From: Eledone cirrhosa
Lineage: Eukaryota
Assembly: GCA_964016885.1 (NCBI GenBank)
Contig: OZ024743.1
Span: 206,646,001 to 206,710,000 of the forward strand
Length of the DNA: 64,000 bases
Direction: 5' to 3'
In this document: positions 1 through 14,800 of the stretch, one piece after another
Layout of the letters: every line of letters begins with the position of its first letter
How positions within the stretch are numbered: position 1 is the stretch's first letter
Notes under the pieces: generated by a model
Databases searched by the model: none
What the model was told of the DNA's origin: nothing
The model's input: only the letters and a program-made list of their open reading frames with translations
Translations under genes and position numbers: made by a program

Positions 1-229
1 CAACTACTTTAAGACCACTGTATCAACACCATAGTCATAACTACCGTAAGACCACTGTATCAACACCAAAGTCATAAGACCACTGTATCAACACCACAGT
101 CACAACTACTGTAAGACCACTGTATCAACACCATAGTCATAACTACTGTAAGACCACTGTATCAACACCATAGTCACAACTATTGTAAGACCACTGTATC
201 AACACCACAGTCACAACTACAGTAAGACC

Positions 230-2890
230 ACTGTATAAACACCATAGTCACAACTACTGTAAGACCGCTGTATCAACACCATAGTCATAACTAATGTAAG
301 ACCACTGTATCAACACCATAGTCACAACTACAGTAAGACCACTGTATAAACACCACAGTCATAACTACTGTAAGACCAATGTATCAACACCACAGTCACA
401 ACTACTGTAAGACCACTGTATCAACACCACAGTCACAACTACTGTAAGACCACTGTATCAACACCACAACCACAACTACTGTAAGACCACTGTATCAACA
501 CCACAGTCATAACTACTCTAAGACCACTGTATCAACACCACAGCCACAACTACTGTAAGACCACTGTATCAACACCATAATCACAACCACTGTAATACCA
601 CTGTATCAACACTATAGTCATAACTACTGTAAGACCACTGTATCAACACTATAGTCACAACTACTGTAAGACCACTGTATCAACACCATAGTCGCAACTA
701 CCGTAAGACCACTGTATCAGCACCACATTCACAACTACTGTAAGACCACTGTATCAACACCATAGTGACAACTACTGTAAGATCACTGTAATAACACCAT
801 ATTCACAACTAGTGTAAGACCACTGTATCAACACCATAGTCATAACTACCGTAAGACAACTGTATCAACACCATAGTCATAAGACCACTGTATCAACACC
901 ATAGTGACAATTATTGTAAGACCACTGTATCAACACCACAGTCACAACTACAGTAAGACCACTGTATCAACACCATAGTCATAACTACTGTAAGACCACT
1001 GTATCAACACCATAGTCACAACTATTGTAAGACCAATGTATCAACACCACAGTCAGAACTACAGTAAGACCACTTTATCAACACCATCTTCACAACTACT
1101 GTAAGACCACTGTATCAACACCATATTCACAACTAGTGTAAGACCACTGTATCAACACCATAGTCATAAGACCACTGTATAAACCCCATAGTCACAACTA
1201 CTGTAAGACCACTGTATCTACACCATAGTCACAACTACTGTAAGAACACTGTATCAACACAACAGTTATAACTACTGTAAGACCACTGTATCAACACCAT
1301 AGTCATAAGACCACTGTATAAACACCATAGTCACAACTACTGTAGTACCACTGTATCAACACCATAGTCACAACTACTGTAGTACCACTGTATCAACACC
1401 ATAGTCACAACTACTGTAAGACCACTTTATCAACACCACGGTCACAACTACTGTAAGATCACTGTATCAACACCATAGTCATAACTACTCTACGACCACC
1501 GTATCAAAACCATAGTCACAACTACTGTAAGACCACTGTATCAACACCATAGTCATAAGACCACTGTATCAACACCATAGTCACAACTACTGTAAGACCG
1601 CTGTATCAACACCATAGTCATAACTAATGTAAGACCACTGTATCAACACCATAGTCACAACTACAGTAAGACCACTGTATAAACACCACAGTCATAACTA
1701 CTGTAAGACCACTGTATCAACACCACAGTCACAACTACTGTAAGACCACTGTATCAACACCACAGTCACAACTACTGTAAGACCACTGTATCAACACCAC
1801 AACCACAACTACTGTAAGACCACTGTATCAACACCACAGTCATAACTACAATAAGACCACTGTATCAACACCACAGCCACAACTACTGTAAGACCACTGT
1901 ATCAACACCATAATCACAACCACTGTAATACCACTGTATCAACACTATAGTCATAACTACTGTAAGACCACTGTATCAACACTATAGTCACAACTACTGT
2001 AAGACCACTGTATCAACACCATAGTCGCAACTACCGTAAGACCACTGTATCAGCACCACATTCACAACTACTGTAAGACCACTGTATCAACACCATAGTG
2101 ACAACTACTGTAAGATCACTGTAATAACACCATATTCACAACTAGTGTAAGACCACTGTATCAACACCATAGTCATAACTACCGTAAGACAACTGTATCA
2201 ACACCATAGTCATAAGACCACTGTATCAACACCATAGTGACAATTATTGTAAGACCACTGTATCAACACCACAGTCACAACTACAGTAAGACCACTGTAT
2301 CAACACCATAGTCATAACTACTGTAAGACCACTGTATCAACACCATAGTCACAACTATTGTAAGACCAATGTATCAACACCACAGTCAGAACTACAGTAA
2401 GACCACTTTATCAACACCATATTCACAACTACTGTAAGACCACTGTATCAACACCATATTCACAACTAGTGTAAGACCACTGTATCAACACCATAGTCAT
2501 AAGACCACTGTATAAACCCCATAGTCACAACTACTGTAAGACCACTGTATCTACACCATAGTCACAACTACTGTAAGAACACTGTATCAACACAACAGTT
2601 ATAACTACTGTAAGACCACTGTATCAACACCATAGTCATAAGACCACTGTATAAACACCATAGTCACAACTACTGTAGTACCACTGTATCAACACCATAG
2701 TCACAACTACTGTAGTACCACTGTATCAACACCATAGTCACAACTACTGTAAGACCACTTTATCAACACCACGGTCACAACTACTGTAAGATCACTGTAT
2801 CAACACCATAGTCATAACTACTCTACGACCACCGTATCAAAACCATAGTCACAACTACTGTAAGACCAATGTATCAACACCATAGACATA
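230..2890 (+). repeat. ~1333-bp tandem duplication (higher-order repeat) of SatA; ends approximate
   Basis: Private marker GTCGCAAC at 691 and 2024. The same ordered variant series (GTAATAAC, ACTAGTG, CAATTATTG, GTCAGAAC, AAACCCC, CTCTACGACC) occurs in both copies. Confidence 0.85.
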
Positions 2891-5800
2891 AGACCACTGT
2901 ATCAACACCATAGTCACAACTACTGTAAGACCACTGTATCAACACCATAATCATAACTACCGTAAGACCACTGTATCATCACCATAGTCACAACTACTGT
3001 AAGACCACTTTATCAACACCACGGTCACAACTACTGTAAGATCACTGTATCAACACCATAGTCATAACTACCGTAAGACCACTGTATCAACACCATAGTC
3101 ACAACTACTGTAAGACCACTGTATCAACACCACAGTCACAACTACAGTAAGACCACTGTATAAACACCATAGTCACAACGACTGTAAGACCACTGTATCA
3201 ACACCATAATCATAACTACCGTAAGACCACTGTATCATCACCATAGTCATAACTAATGTAAGACCACTGTATCAACACCATAGTCACAATAACTGTAAGA
3301 ACACTGTATCAACACCACAGTCATAACTACTGTAAGACCACTGTTTCAACACCACAGTCACAACTACTGTAAGACCACCGTATCAACACCACAGTCACAA
3401 CTACTGTAAGACAACTGTATCAACACCACAACCACAACTACTGTAAAACCACTGTATCAACACCATAGTCACAACTACTGTAATACCGCTGTATCAGCAC
3501 CACAGTCACAACTACTGTAAGACCACTTTATCAACACCATAGTCACAACTACTGTAAGACCACTGTATCAACACCATATTCACAACTACTGTAAGACCAC
3601 TGTATCAACACCATAGTCATAACTACCGTAAGACCACCTTATCAACACCATAGTCATAAGACCACTGTATCAACACCATAGTGACAACTACTGTAAGACC
3701 ACTGTATCAAGACCATAGTCATAACTACTGTAAGACCACTCTATGAACACCACAGTCACAACTACAGTAAGACCACTTTATCAACACCATAGTCACAACT
3801 ACTGTAAGACCACTGTATCAACAATACAGTCACAACTACTCTAAGACCACTGTATCAACACCACAGTCACAACTACTGTAAGACCACTGTATCAACACCA
3901 TAGTCAGAACTACCGTAATACCACTGTATCAACACCATAGTCATAAGTCCACTGTATCAACACCATAGTCACAATTACTGTAAGACAACTGTATCTACAC
4001 CATATTCACAACTACTGTAAGACCACTGTATCAACACCATAGTCATAACTACCGTAAGACCACCTTATCAACACCATAGTCATAACACCACTGTATCAAC
4101 ACCATAGTGACAACTACTGTAAGACCACTGTATCAACACCATAGTCATAACTACTGTAAGACCACTCTATGAACACCACAGTCACAACTACAGTAAGACC
4201 ACTGTATCAACACCATAGTCACAACTACTGTAAGACCACTGTACCAACACCATAGTCATAAGTCCACTGTATCAACACCATAGTCACAATTACTGTAAGA
4301 CAACTGTATCTACACCATAGTCACAACTACTGTAAGAATAATGTATCAACACCACAGCTACAACTACTGTAAGACCACTGTATCAACACCACAGCCACAA
4401 CTACTGTAAGACCATTGATTCAACACCGTAGTCACAACTACTGTAAGACCACTGTATCAACATCACAGTCACAACTACTGTAAGATCACTGTAACAACAC
4501 CACAGCTACAACTACTGTAAGACCACTGTATCAACACCACAGCCACAACTACTGTAAGACCATTGATTCAACACCGTAGTCACAACTACTGTAAGACCAC
4601 TGTATCAACACCACAGTCACAACGTCTGTAAGACCACTGTATCAACACAAAATTCACAACTACTGTAAGCCTACTGTATCAACACCATAGTCACAACTAC
4701 TGTAAGACCACTGCATCAACACCATAGTCAGAACGTCTGTAATACCACTGTATCAACACCATAGTCACAACTACTGTAAGACCACTGTATAAACACCATA
4801 GTCATAACTACTGTAAGACCACTGTATAAAATCCATAGTCACAACTACTGTAAGACCACTGTATCAACAATACAGTCACAACTACTCTAAGACCACTGTA
4901 TCAACACCACAGTCACAACTACTGTAAGACCACTGTATCAACACCATAGTCATAACTACCGTAATACCACTGTATCAACACCATAGTCATAAGACCACTG
5001 TATGAACACCATAGTTACAACTACTGGAAGACCATTGTATCAACACCATAGTCATAACTACTGTAAGACCACTGTATCAACACCATAGTCATAAGACCAC
5101 TGTATCAACACCATAGTCACAACTACTGTAATACCACTGTATCAAGACCATAGTCACAACTACTTTCAGACCACTGTATCAACACCATAGTCATAACTAC
5201 CGTAAGACCACTGTATCAACACCAAAGTCAAAAGACCACTGTATCAACACCATAGTCACAACTACTGTAAGACCACTGTATCAACACCATAGTCATAACT
5301 ACTGTAAGACCACTGTATCAACACCATAGTCACAACTATTGTAAGACCACTGTATCAACACCACAGTCACAACTACAGTAAGACCACTGTATAAACACCA
5401 TAGTCACAACTACTGTAAGACCGCTTTATCAACACCATAGTCATAACTAATGTAAGACCACTGTATCAACACCATAGACACAACTACAGTAAGACCACTG
5501 TATAAACACCACAGTCATAACTACTGTAAGACCACTGTATCAACACCACAGTCACAACTACTGTAAGACCACTGTATCAACACCACAGTCACAACTACTG
5601 TAAGACTACTGTATCAACACCACAACCACAACTACTGTAAGACCACTGTATCAACACCACAGTCATAACTACTCTAAGACCACTGTATCAACACCACAGC
5701 CACAACTACTGTAATACCACTGTATCAACACTATAGTCATAACTACTGTAAGACCACTGTATCAACACTATAGTCACAACTACTGTAAGACCACTGTATC

Positions 5801-8800
5801 AACACTATAGTCACAACTACTGTAAGACCACTGTATCAACACTATAGTCGCAACTACCGTAAGACCACTGTATCAGCACCACATTCACAACTACTGTAAG
5901 ACCACTGTATCAAAACCATAGTGACAACTACTGTAAGACCACTGTAATAACACCATATTCACAACTAGTGTAAGACCACTGTATCAACACCATAGTCATA
6001 ACTACCGTAAGACAACTGTATCAACACCATAGTCATAAGACCACTGTATCAACACCATAGTGACAATTATTGTAAGACCACTGTATCAACACCACAGTCA
6101 CAACTACAGTAAGACCACTGTATCAACACCATAGTCATAACTACTGTAAGACCACTATATCAACACCATAGTCACAACTATTGTAAGACCAATGTATCAA
6201 CACCACAGTCACAACTACAGTAAGACCACTTTATCAACACCATATTCACAACTACTGTAAGACCACTGTATCAACACCATATTCACAACTAGTGTAAGAC
6301 CACTGTATCAACACCATAGTCATAAGACCACTGTATAAACCCCATAGTCACAACTACTGTAAGACCACTGTATCTACACCATAGTCACAACTACTGTAAG
6401 AACACTGTATCAACACAACAGTTATAACTACTGTAAGACCACTGTATCAACACCATAGTCATAAGGCCACTGTATAAACACCATAGTCACAACTACTGTA
6501 GTACCACTGTATCGAACACCATAGTCACAACTACTGTAGTACCACTGTATCAACACCATAGTCACAACTACTGTAAGACCACTTTATCAACACCACGGTC
6601 ACAACTACTGTAAGATCACTGTATCAACACCATAGTCATAACTACTCTACGACCACCGTATCAAAACCATAGTCACAACTACTGTAAGACCACTGTATCA
6701 ACACCATAGACATAAGACCACTGTATCAACACCATAGTCACAACTACTGTAAGACCACTGTATCAACAACATAGTCATAACTAATGTAAGACCACTGTAT
6801 CAACACCATAGTCATAAGACCACTGTATAAACACCATAGTCACAACTACTGTAGTACCACTGTATCAACACCATAGTCACAACTACTGTAGTACCACTGT
6901 ATCAACACCATAGTCACAACTACTGTAAGACCACTTTATCAACACCACGGTCACAACTACTGTAAGATCACTGTATCAACACCATAGTCATAACTACCGT
7001 AAGACCACTGTATCAACACCATAGTCACAACTACTGTAAGACCACTGTATCAACACCACAGTAACAACTACAGTAAGACCACTGTATAAACACCATAGTC
7101 ACAACGACTGTAAGACCACTGTATCAACACCATAATCATAACTACCGTAAGACCACTGTATCATCACCATAGTCATAACTAATGTAAGACCACTGTATCA
7201 ACACCATAGTCACAATAACTGTAAGAACACTGTATCAACACCACAGTCATAACTACTGTAAGACCACTGTTTCAACACCACAGTCACAACTACTGTAAGA
7301 CCACCGTATCAACACCACAGTCACAACTACTGTAAGACAACTGTATCAACACCACAACCACAACTACTGTAAAACCACTGTATCAACACCATAGTCACAA
7401 CTACTGTAAGACCGCTGTATCAGCACCACAGTCACAATTACTGTAAGACCACTTTATCAACACCATAGTCACAACTACTGTAAGACCACTGTATCAACAC
7501 CATATTCACAACTACTGTAAGACCACTGTATCAACACCATAGTCATAACTACCGTAAGACCACCTTATCAACACCATAGTCATAAGACCACTGTATCAAC
7601 ACCATAGTGACAACTACTGTAAGACCACTGTATCAAGACCATAGTCATAACTACTGTAAGACCACTCTATGAACACCACAGTCACAACTACAGTAAGACC
7701 ACTTTATCAACACCATAGTCACAACTACTGTAAGACCACTGTATCAACACCATAGTCACAACTACTGTAAGACCACTGTATCAACACCATAGTCATACGT
7801 CCACTGTATCAACACCATAGTCACAATTACTGTATGACAACCGTATCTACACCATAGTCACAACTACTGTAAGAACACTGTATCAACACCACAGCTACAA
7901 CTACTGTAAGACCACTGTATCAACACCACAGCCACAACTACTGTAAGACCATTGATTCAACACCGTAGTCACAACTACTGTAAGACCACTGTATCAACAT
8001 CACAGTCACAACTACTGTAAGATCACTGTAAAAACACCACAGCTACAACTACTGTAAGACCACTGTATCAACACCACAGCCACAACTACTGTAAGACCAT
8101 TGATTCAACACCGTAGTCACAACTACTGTAAGACCACTGTATCAACACCACAGTCACAACGTCTGTAAGACCACTGTATCAACACAAAATTCACAACTAC
8201 TGTAAGCCTACTGTATCAACACCATAGTCACAACTACTGTAAGACCACTGCATCAACACCATAGTCAGAACGTCTGTAATACCACTGTATCAACACCATA
8301 GTCACAACTACTGTAAGACCACTGTATAAACACCATAGTCATAACTACTGTAAGACCACTGTATAAAATCCATAGTCACAACTACTGTAAGACCACTGTA
8401 TCAACAATACAGTCACAACTACTCTAAGACCACTGTATCAACACCACAGTCACAACTACTGTAAGACCACTGTATCAACACCATAGTCATAACTACCGTA
8501 ATACCACTGTATCAACACCATAGTCATAAGACCACTGTATGAACACCATAGTTACAACTACTGTAAGACCATTGTATAAACACCATAGTCATAACTACTG
8601 TAAGACCACTGTATCAACACCATAGTCATAAGACCACTGTATCAACACCATAGTCACAACTACTGTAATACCACTGTATCAAGACCATAGTCACAACTAC
8701 TTTAAGACCACTGTATCAACACCATAGTCATAACTACCGTAAGACCACTGTATCAACACCAAAGTCATAAGACCACTGTATCAACACCATAGTCACAACT

Positions 8801-11800
8801 ACTGTAAGACCACTGTATCAACACCATAGTCATAACTACTGTAAGACCACTGTATCAACACCATAGTCATAACTACCGTAAGACCACTGTATCAACACCA
8901 TAGTCAGAAGACCACTGTATCAACAACATAGACACAACTACTGTAAGACCACTGTATCAACACCATAGTCACAACTACTAGAGTACCACTGTATCAACAC
9001 CATAGTCACAACTACTGTAGTACCACTGTATCAACACCATAGTCACAACTACTGTAAGACCACTGTATCAACACCACGGTCACAACTACTGTAAGATCAC
9101 TGTATCAACACCATAGTCATAACGACCGTAAGACCACTGTATCAACACCATAGTCAAAAGACCACCGTATCAACACCATCGTCACAACTACTATAAGACC
9201 ACTGTATCAACACCACAGTCACAACTACTGTAAGACCACTGTAAAAACACCATAGTCACAACTACTGTAAGACCACTGTATCAACACCATAATCATAACT
9301 ACCGTAAGACCACTGTATCATCACCATAGTCATAACTAATGTAAGACCACTGTATCAACACCATAGTCACAACTACTGTAAGACCACTGTATCAACACCA
9401 TAGTCATAACTACTGTAAGACCACTGTATCAACACCATAGTCATAAGACCACTGTATAAACACCATAGTCACAACTACTGTAGTACCACTGTATCAACAC
9501 CATAGTCACAACTACTGTAGTACCACTGTATCATCACCATAGTCATAACTAATGTAAGACCACTGTATCAACACCATAGTCACAATAACTGTAAGAACAC
9601 TGTATCAACACCACAGTCATAACTACTGTAAAACCACTGTTTCAACACCACAGTCACAACTACTGTAAGACCACCGTATCAACACCACAGTCACAACTAC
9701 TGTAAGACAACTGTATCAACACCACAACCACAACTACTGTAAAACCACTGTATCAACACCATAGTCACAACTACTGTAATACCGCTGTATCAGCACCACA
9801 GTCACAACTACTGTAAGACCACTTTATCAACACCATAGTCACAACTACTGTAAGACCACTGTATCAACACCATATTCACAACTACTGTAAGACCACTGTA
9901 TCAACACCATAGTCATAACTACCGTAAGACCACCTTATCAACACCATAGTCATAAGACCACTGTATCAACACCATAGTGACAACTACCGTAAGACCACTG
10001 TATCAACACCATAGTCATAACTACTGTAAGACCACTCTATGAACACCACAGTCACAACTACAGTAAGACCACTTTATCAACACCATAGTCACAACTACTG
10101 TAAGACCACTGTATCAACACCATAGTGACAACTACTGTAAGACCACTGTATCAACACCATAGTCATAAGTCCACTGTATCAACACCATAGTCACAATTAC
10201 TGTAAGACAACTGTATCTACACCATAGTCACAACTACTGTAAGAACACTGTATCAACACCACAGCTACAACTACTGTAAGACCACTGTATCAACACCACA
10301 GCCACAACTACTGTAAGACCATTGATTCAACACCGTAGTCACAACCACTGTAAGACCACTGTATCAACATCACAGTCACAACTACTGTAAGATCACTGTA
10401 ACAACACCACAGCTACAACTACTGTAAGACCACTGTATCAACACCACAGCCACAACTACTGTAAGACCATTGATTCAACACCGTAGTCACAACTACTGTA
10501 AGACCACTGTATCAACACCACAGTCACAACGTCTGTAAGACCACTGTATCAACACAAAATTCACAACTACTGTAAGCCTACTGTATCAACACCATAGTCA
10601 CAACTACTGTAAGACCACTGCATCAACACCATAGTCAGAACGTCTGTAACACCACTGTATCAACACCATAGTCACAACTACTGTAAGACAACTGTATAAA
10701 CACCATAGTCATAACTACTGTAAGACCACTGTATAAAATCCATAGTCACAACTACTGTAAGACCACTGTATCAACAATACAGTCACAACTACTCTAAGAC
10801 CACTGTATCAACACCACAGTCACAACTACTGTAAGACCACTGTATCAACACCATAGTCATAACTACCGTAATACCACTGTATCAACACCATAGTCATAAG
10901 ACCACTGTATGAACACCATAGTTACAACTACTGTAAGACCACTGTATAAAATCCATAGTCATAACTACTGTAAGACCACTGTATCAACACCATAGTCATA
11001 TGACCACTGTATCAACACCATAGTCACAACTACTGTAAGACCACTGTATCAACACCACAGTCACAACTACTGTAAGACCACTGTATCAACACCATAGTCA
11101 TAACTACCGTAATACCACTGTATCAACACCATAGTCATAAGACCACTGTATAAACACCATAGTCATAACTACTGTAAGACCACTGTATAAAATCCATAGT
11201 CATAACTACTGTAAGACCACTGTATCAACACCATAGTCATAAGACCACTGTATCAACACCATAGTCACAACTACTGTAATACCACTGTATCAAGACCATA
11301 GTCACAACTACTTTAAGACCACTGTATCAACACCATAATCATAACTACCGTAAGACCACTGTATCAACACCAAAGTCATAAGACCACTGTATCAACACCA
11401 TAGTCACAACTACTGTAAGACCACTGTATCAACACCATAGTCATAACTACTGTAAGACCACTGTATCAACACCATAGTCACAACTATTGTAAGACCACTG
11501 TATCAACACCACAGTCACAACTACAGTAAGACCACTGTATAAACACCATAGTCACAACTACTGTAAGACCGCTGTATCAACACCAGAGTCATAACTAATG
11601 TAAGACCACTGTATCAACACCATAGTCACAACTACAGTAAGACCACTGTATAAACACCACAGTCATAACTACTGTAAGACCACTGTGTCAACACCACAGT
11701 CACAACTACTGTAAGACCACTGTATCAACACCACAGTCACAACTACTGTAAGACCACTGTATCAACACCACAACAACAACTACTGTAAGACCACTGTATC

Positions 11801-14800
11801 AACACCACAGTCATAACTACTCTAAGACCACTGTATCAACACCACAGCCACAACTACTGTAAGACCACTGTATCAACACCATAATCACAACCACTGTAAT
11901 ACCACTGTATCAACACTATAGTCATAACTACTGTAAGACCACTGTATCAACACTATAGTCACAACTACTGTAAGACCACTGTATCAACACCATAGTCGCA
12001 ACTACCGTAAGACCACTGTATCAGCACCACATTCACAACTACTGTAAGACCACTGTATCAACACCATAGTGACAACTACTGTAAGATCACTGTAATAACA
12101 CCATATTCACAACTAGTGTAAGACCACTGTATCAACACCATAGTCATAACTACCGTAAGACAACTGTATCAACACCATAGTCATAAGACCACTATATCAA
12201 CACCATAGTGACAATTATTGTAAGACCACTGTATCAACACCACAGTCACAACTACAGTAAGACCACTGTATCAACACCATAGTCATAACTACTGTAAGAC
12301 CACTGTATCAACACCATAGTCACAACTATTGTAAGACCAATGTATCAACACCACAGTCACAACTACAGTAAGACCACTTTATCAACACCATATTCACAAC
12401 TACTGTAAGACCACTGTATCAACACCATATTCACAACTAGTGTAAGACCACTGTATCAACACCATAGTCATAAGACCACTGTATAAACCCCATAGTCACA
12501 ACTACTGTAAGACCACTGTATCTACACCATAGTCACAACTACTGTAAGAACACTGTATCAACACAACAGTTATAACTACTGTAAGACCACTGTATCAACA
12601 CCATAGTCATAAGACCACTGTATAAACACCATAGTCACAACTACTGTAGTACCACTGTATCAACACCATAGTCACAACTACTGTAGTACCACTGTATCAA
12701 CACCATAGTCACAACTACTGTAAGACCACTTTATCAACACCACGGTCACAACTACTGTAAGATCACTGTATCAACACCATAGTCATAACTACTCTACGAC
12801 CACCGTATCAAAACCATAGTCACAACTACTGTAAGACCACTGTATCAACACCATAGACATAAGACCACTGTATCAACACCATAGTCACAACTACTGTAAG
12901 ACCACTGTATCAACACCATAGTCATAACTACTGTAAGACCACTGTATCAACACCATAGTCATAAGACCACTGTATAAACACCATAGTCACAACTACTGTA
13001 GTACCACTGTATCAACACCATAGTCACAACTACTGTAGTACCACTGTATCAACACCATAGTCACAACTACTGTAAGACCACTTTATCAACACCACGGTCA
13101 CAACTACTGTAAGATCACTGTATCAACACCATAGTCATAACTACCGTAAGACCACTGTATAAACACCATAGTCACAACTACTGTAAGACCACTGTATCAA
13201 CACCACAGTCACAACTACAGTAAGACCACTGTATAAACACCATAGTCACAACGACTGTAAGACCACTGTATCACCACCATAATCATAACTACCGTAAGAC
13301 CACTGTATCATCACCATAGTCATAACTAATGTAAGACCACTGTATCAACACCATAGTCACAATAACTGTAAGAACACTGTATCAACACCACAGTCATAAC
13401 TACTGTAAGACCACTGTTTCAACACCACAGTCACAACTACTGTAAGACCACCGTATCAACACCACAGTCACAACTACTGTAAGACAACTGTATCAACACC
13501 ACAACCACAACTACTGTAAAACCACTGTATCAACACCATAGTCACAACTACTGTAAGACCGCTGTATCAGCACCACAGTCACAACTACTGTAAGACCACT
13601 TTATCAACACCATAGTCACAACTACTGTAAGACCACTGTATCAACACCATATTCACAACTACTGTAAGACCACTGTATCAACACCATAGTCATAACTACC
13701 GTAAGACCACCTTATCAACACCATAGTCATAACACCACTGTATCAACACCATAGTGACAACTACTGTAAGACCACTGTATCAACACCATAGTCATAACTA
13801 CTGTAAGACCACTCTATGAACACCACAGTCACAACTACAGTAAGACGACTTTATCAACACCATAGTCACAACTACTGTAAGACCACTGTATCAACACCAT
13901 AGTCACAACTACTGTAAGACCACTGTAACAACACCATAGTCATAAGTCCACTGTATCAACACCATAGTCACAATTACTGTAAGACAACTGTATCTACACC
14001 ATAGTCACAACTACTGTAAGAACACTGTATCAACACCACAGCTACAACTACTGTAAGACCACTGTATCAACACCACAGCCACAACTACTGTAAGACCATT
14101 GATTCAACACCGTAGTCACAACTACTGTAAGACCACTGTATCAACATCATAGTCACAACTACTGTAAGATCACTGTAACAACACCACAGCTACAACTACT
14201 GTAAGACCACTGTATCAACACCACAGCCACAACTACTGTAAGACCATTGATTCAACACCGTAGTCACAACTACTGTAAGACCACTGTATCAACACCACAG
14301 TCACAACGTCTGTAAGACCACTGTATCAACACAAAATTCACAACTACTGTAAGCCTACTGTATCAACACCATAGTCACAACTACTGTAAGACCACTGCAT
14401 CAACACCATAGTCAGAACGTCTGTAATACCACTGTATCAACACCATAGTCACAACTACTGTAAGACCACTGTATAAACACCATAGTCATAACTACTGTAA
14501 GACCACTGTATAAAATCCATAGTCACAACTACTGTAAGACCACTGTATCAACAATACAGTCACAACTACTCTAAGACCACTGTATCAACACCACAGTCAC
14601 AACTACTGTAAGACCACTGTATCAACACCATAGTCATAACTACCGTAATACCACTGTATCAACACCATAGTCATAAGACCACTGTATGAACACCATAGTT
14701 ACAACTACTGTAAGACCATTGTATCAACACCATAGTCATAACTACTGTAAGACCACTGTATCAACACCATAGTCATAAGACTACTGTATCAACACCATAG

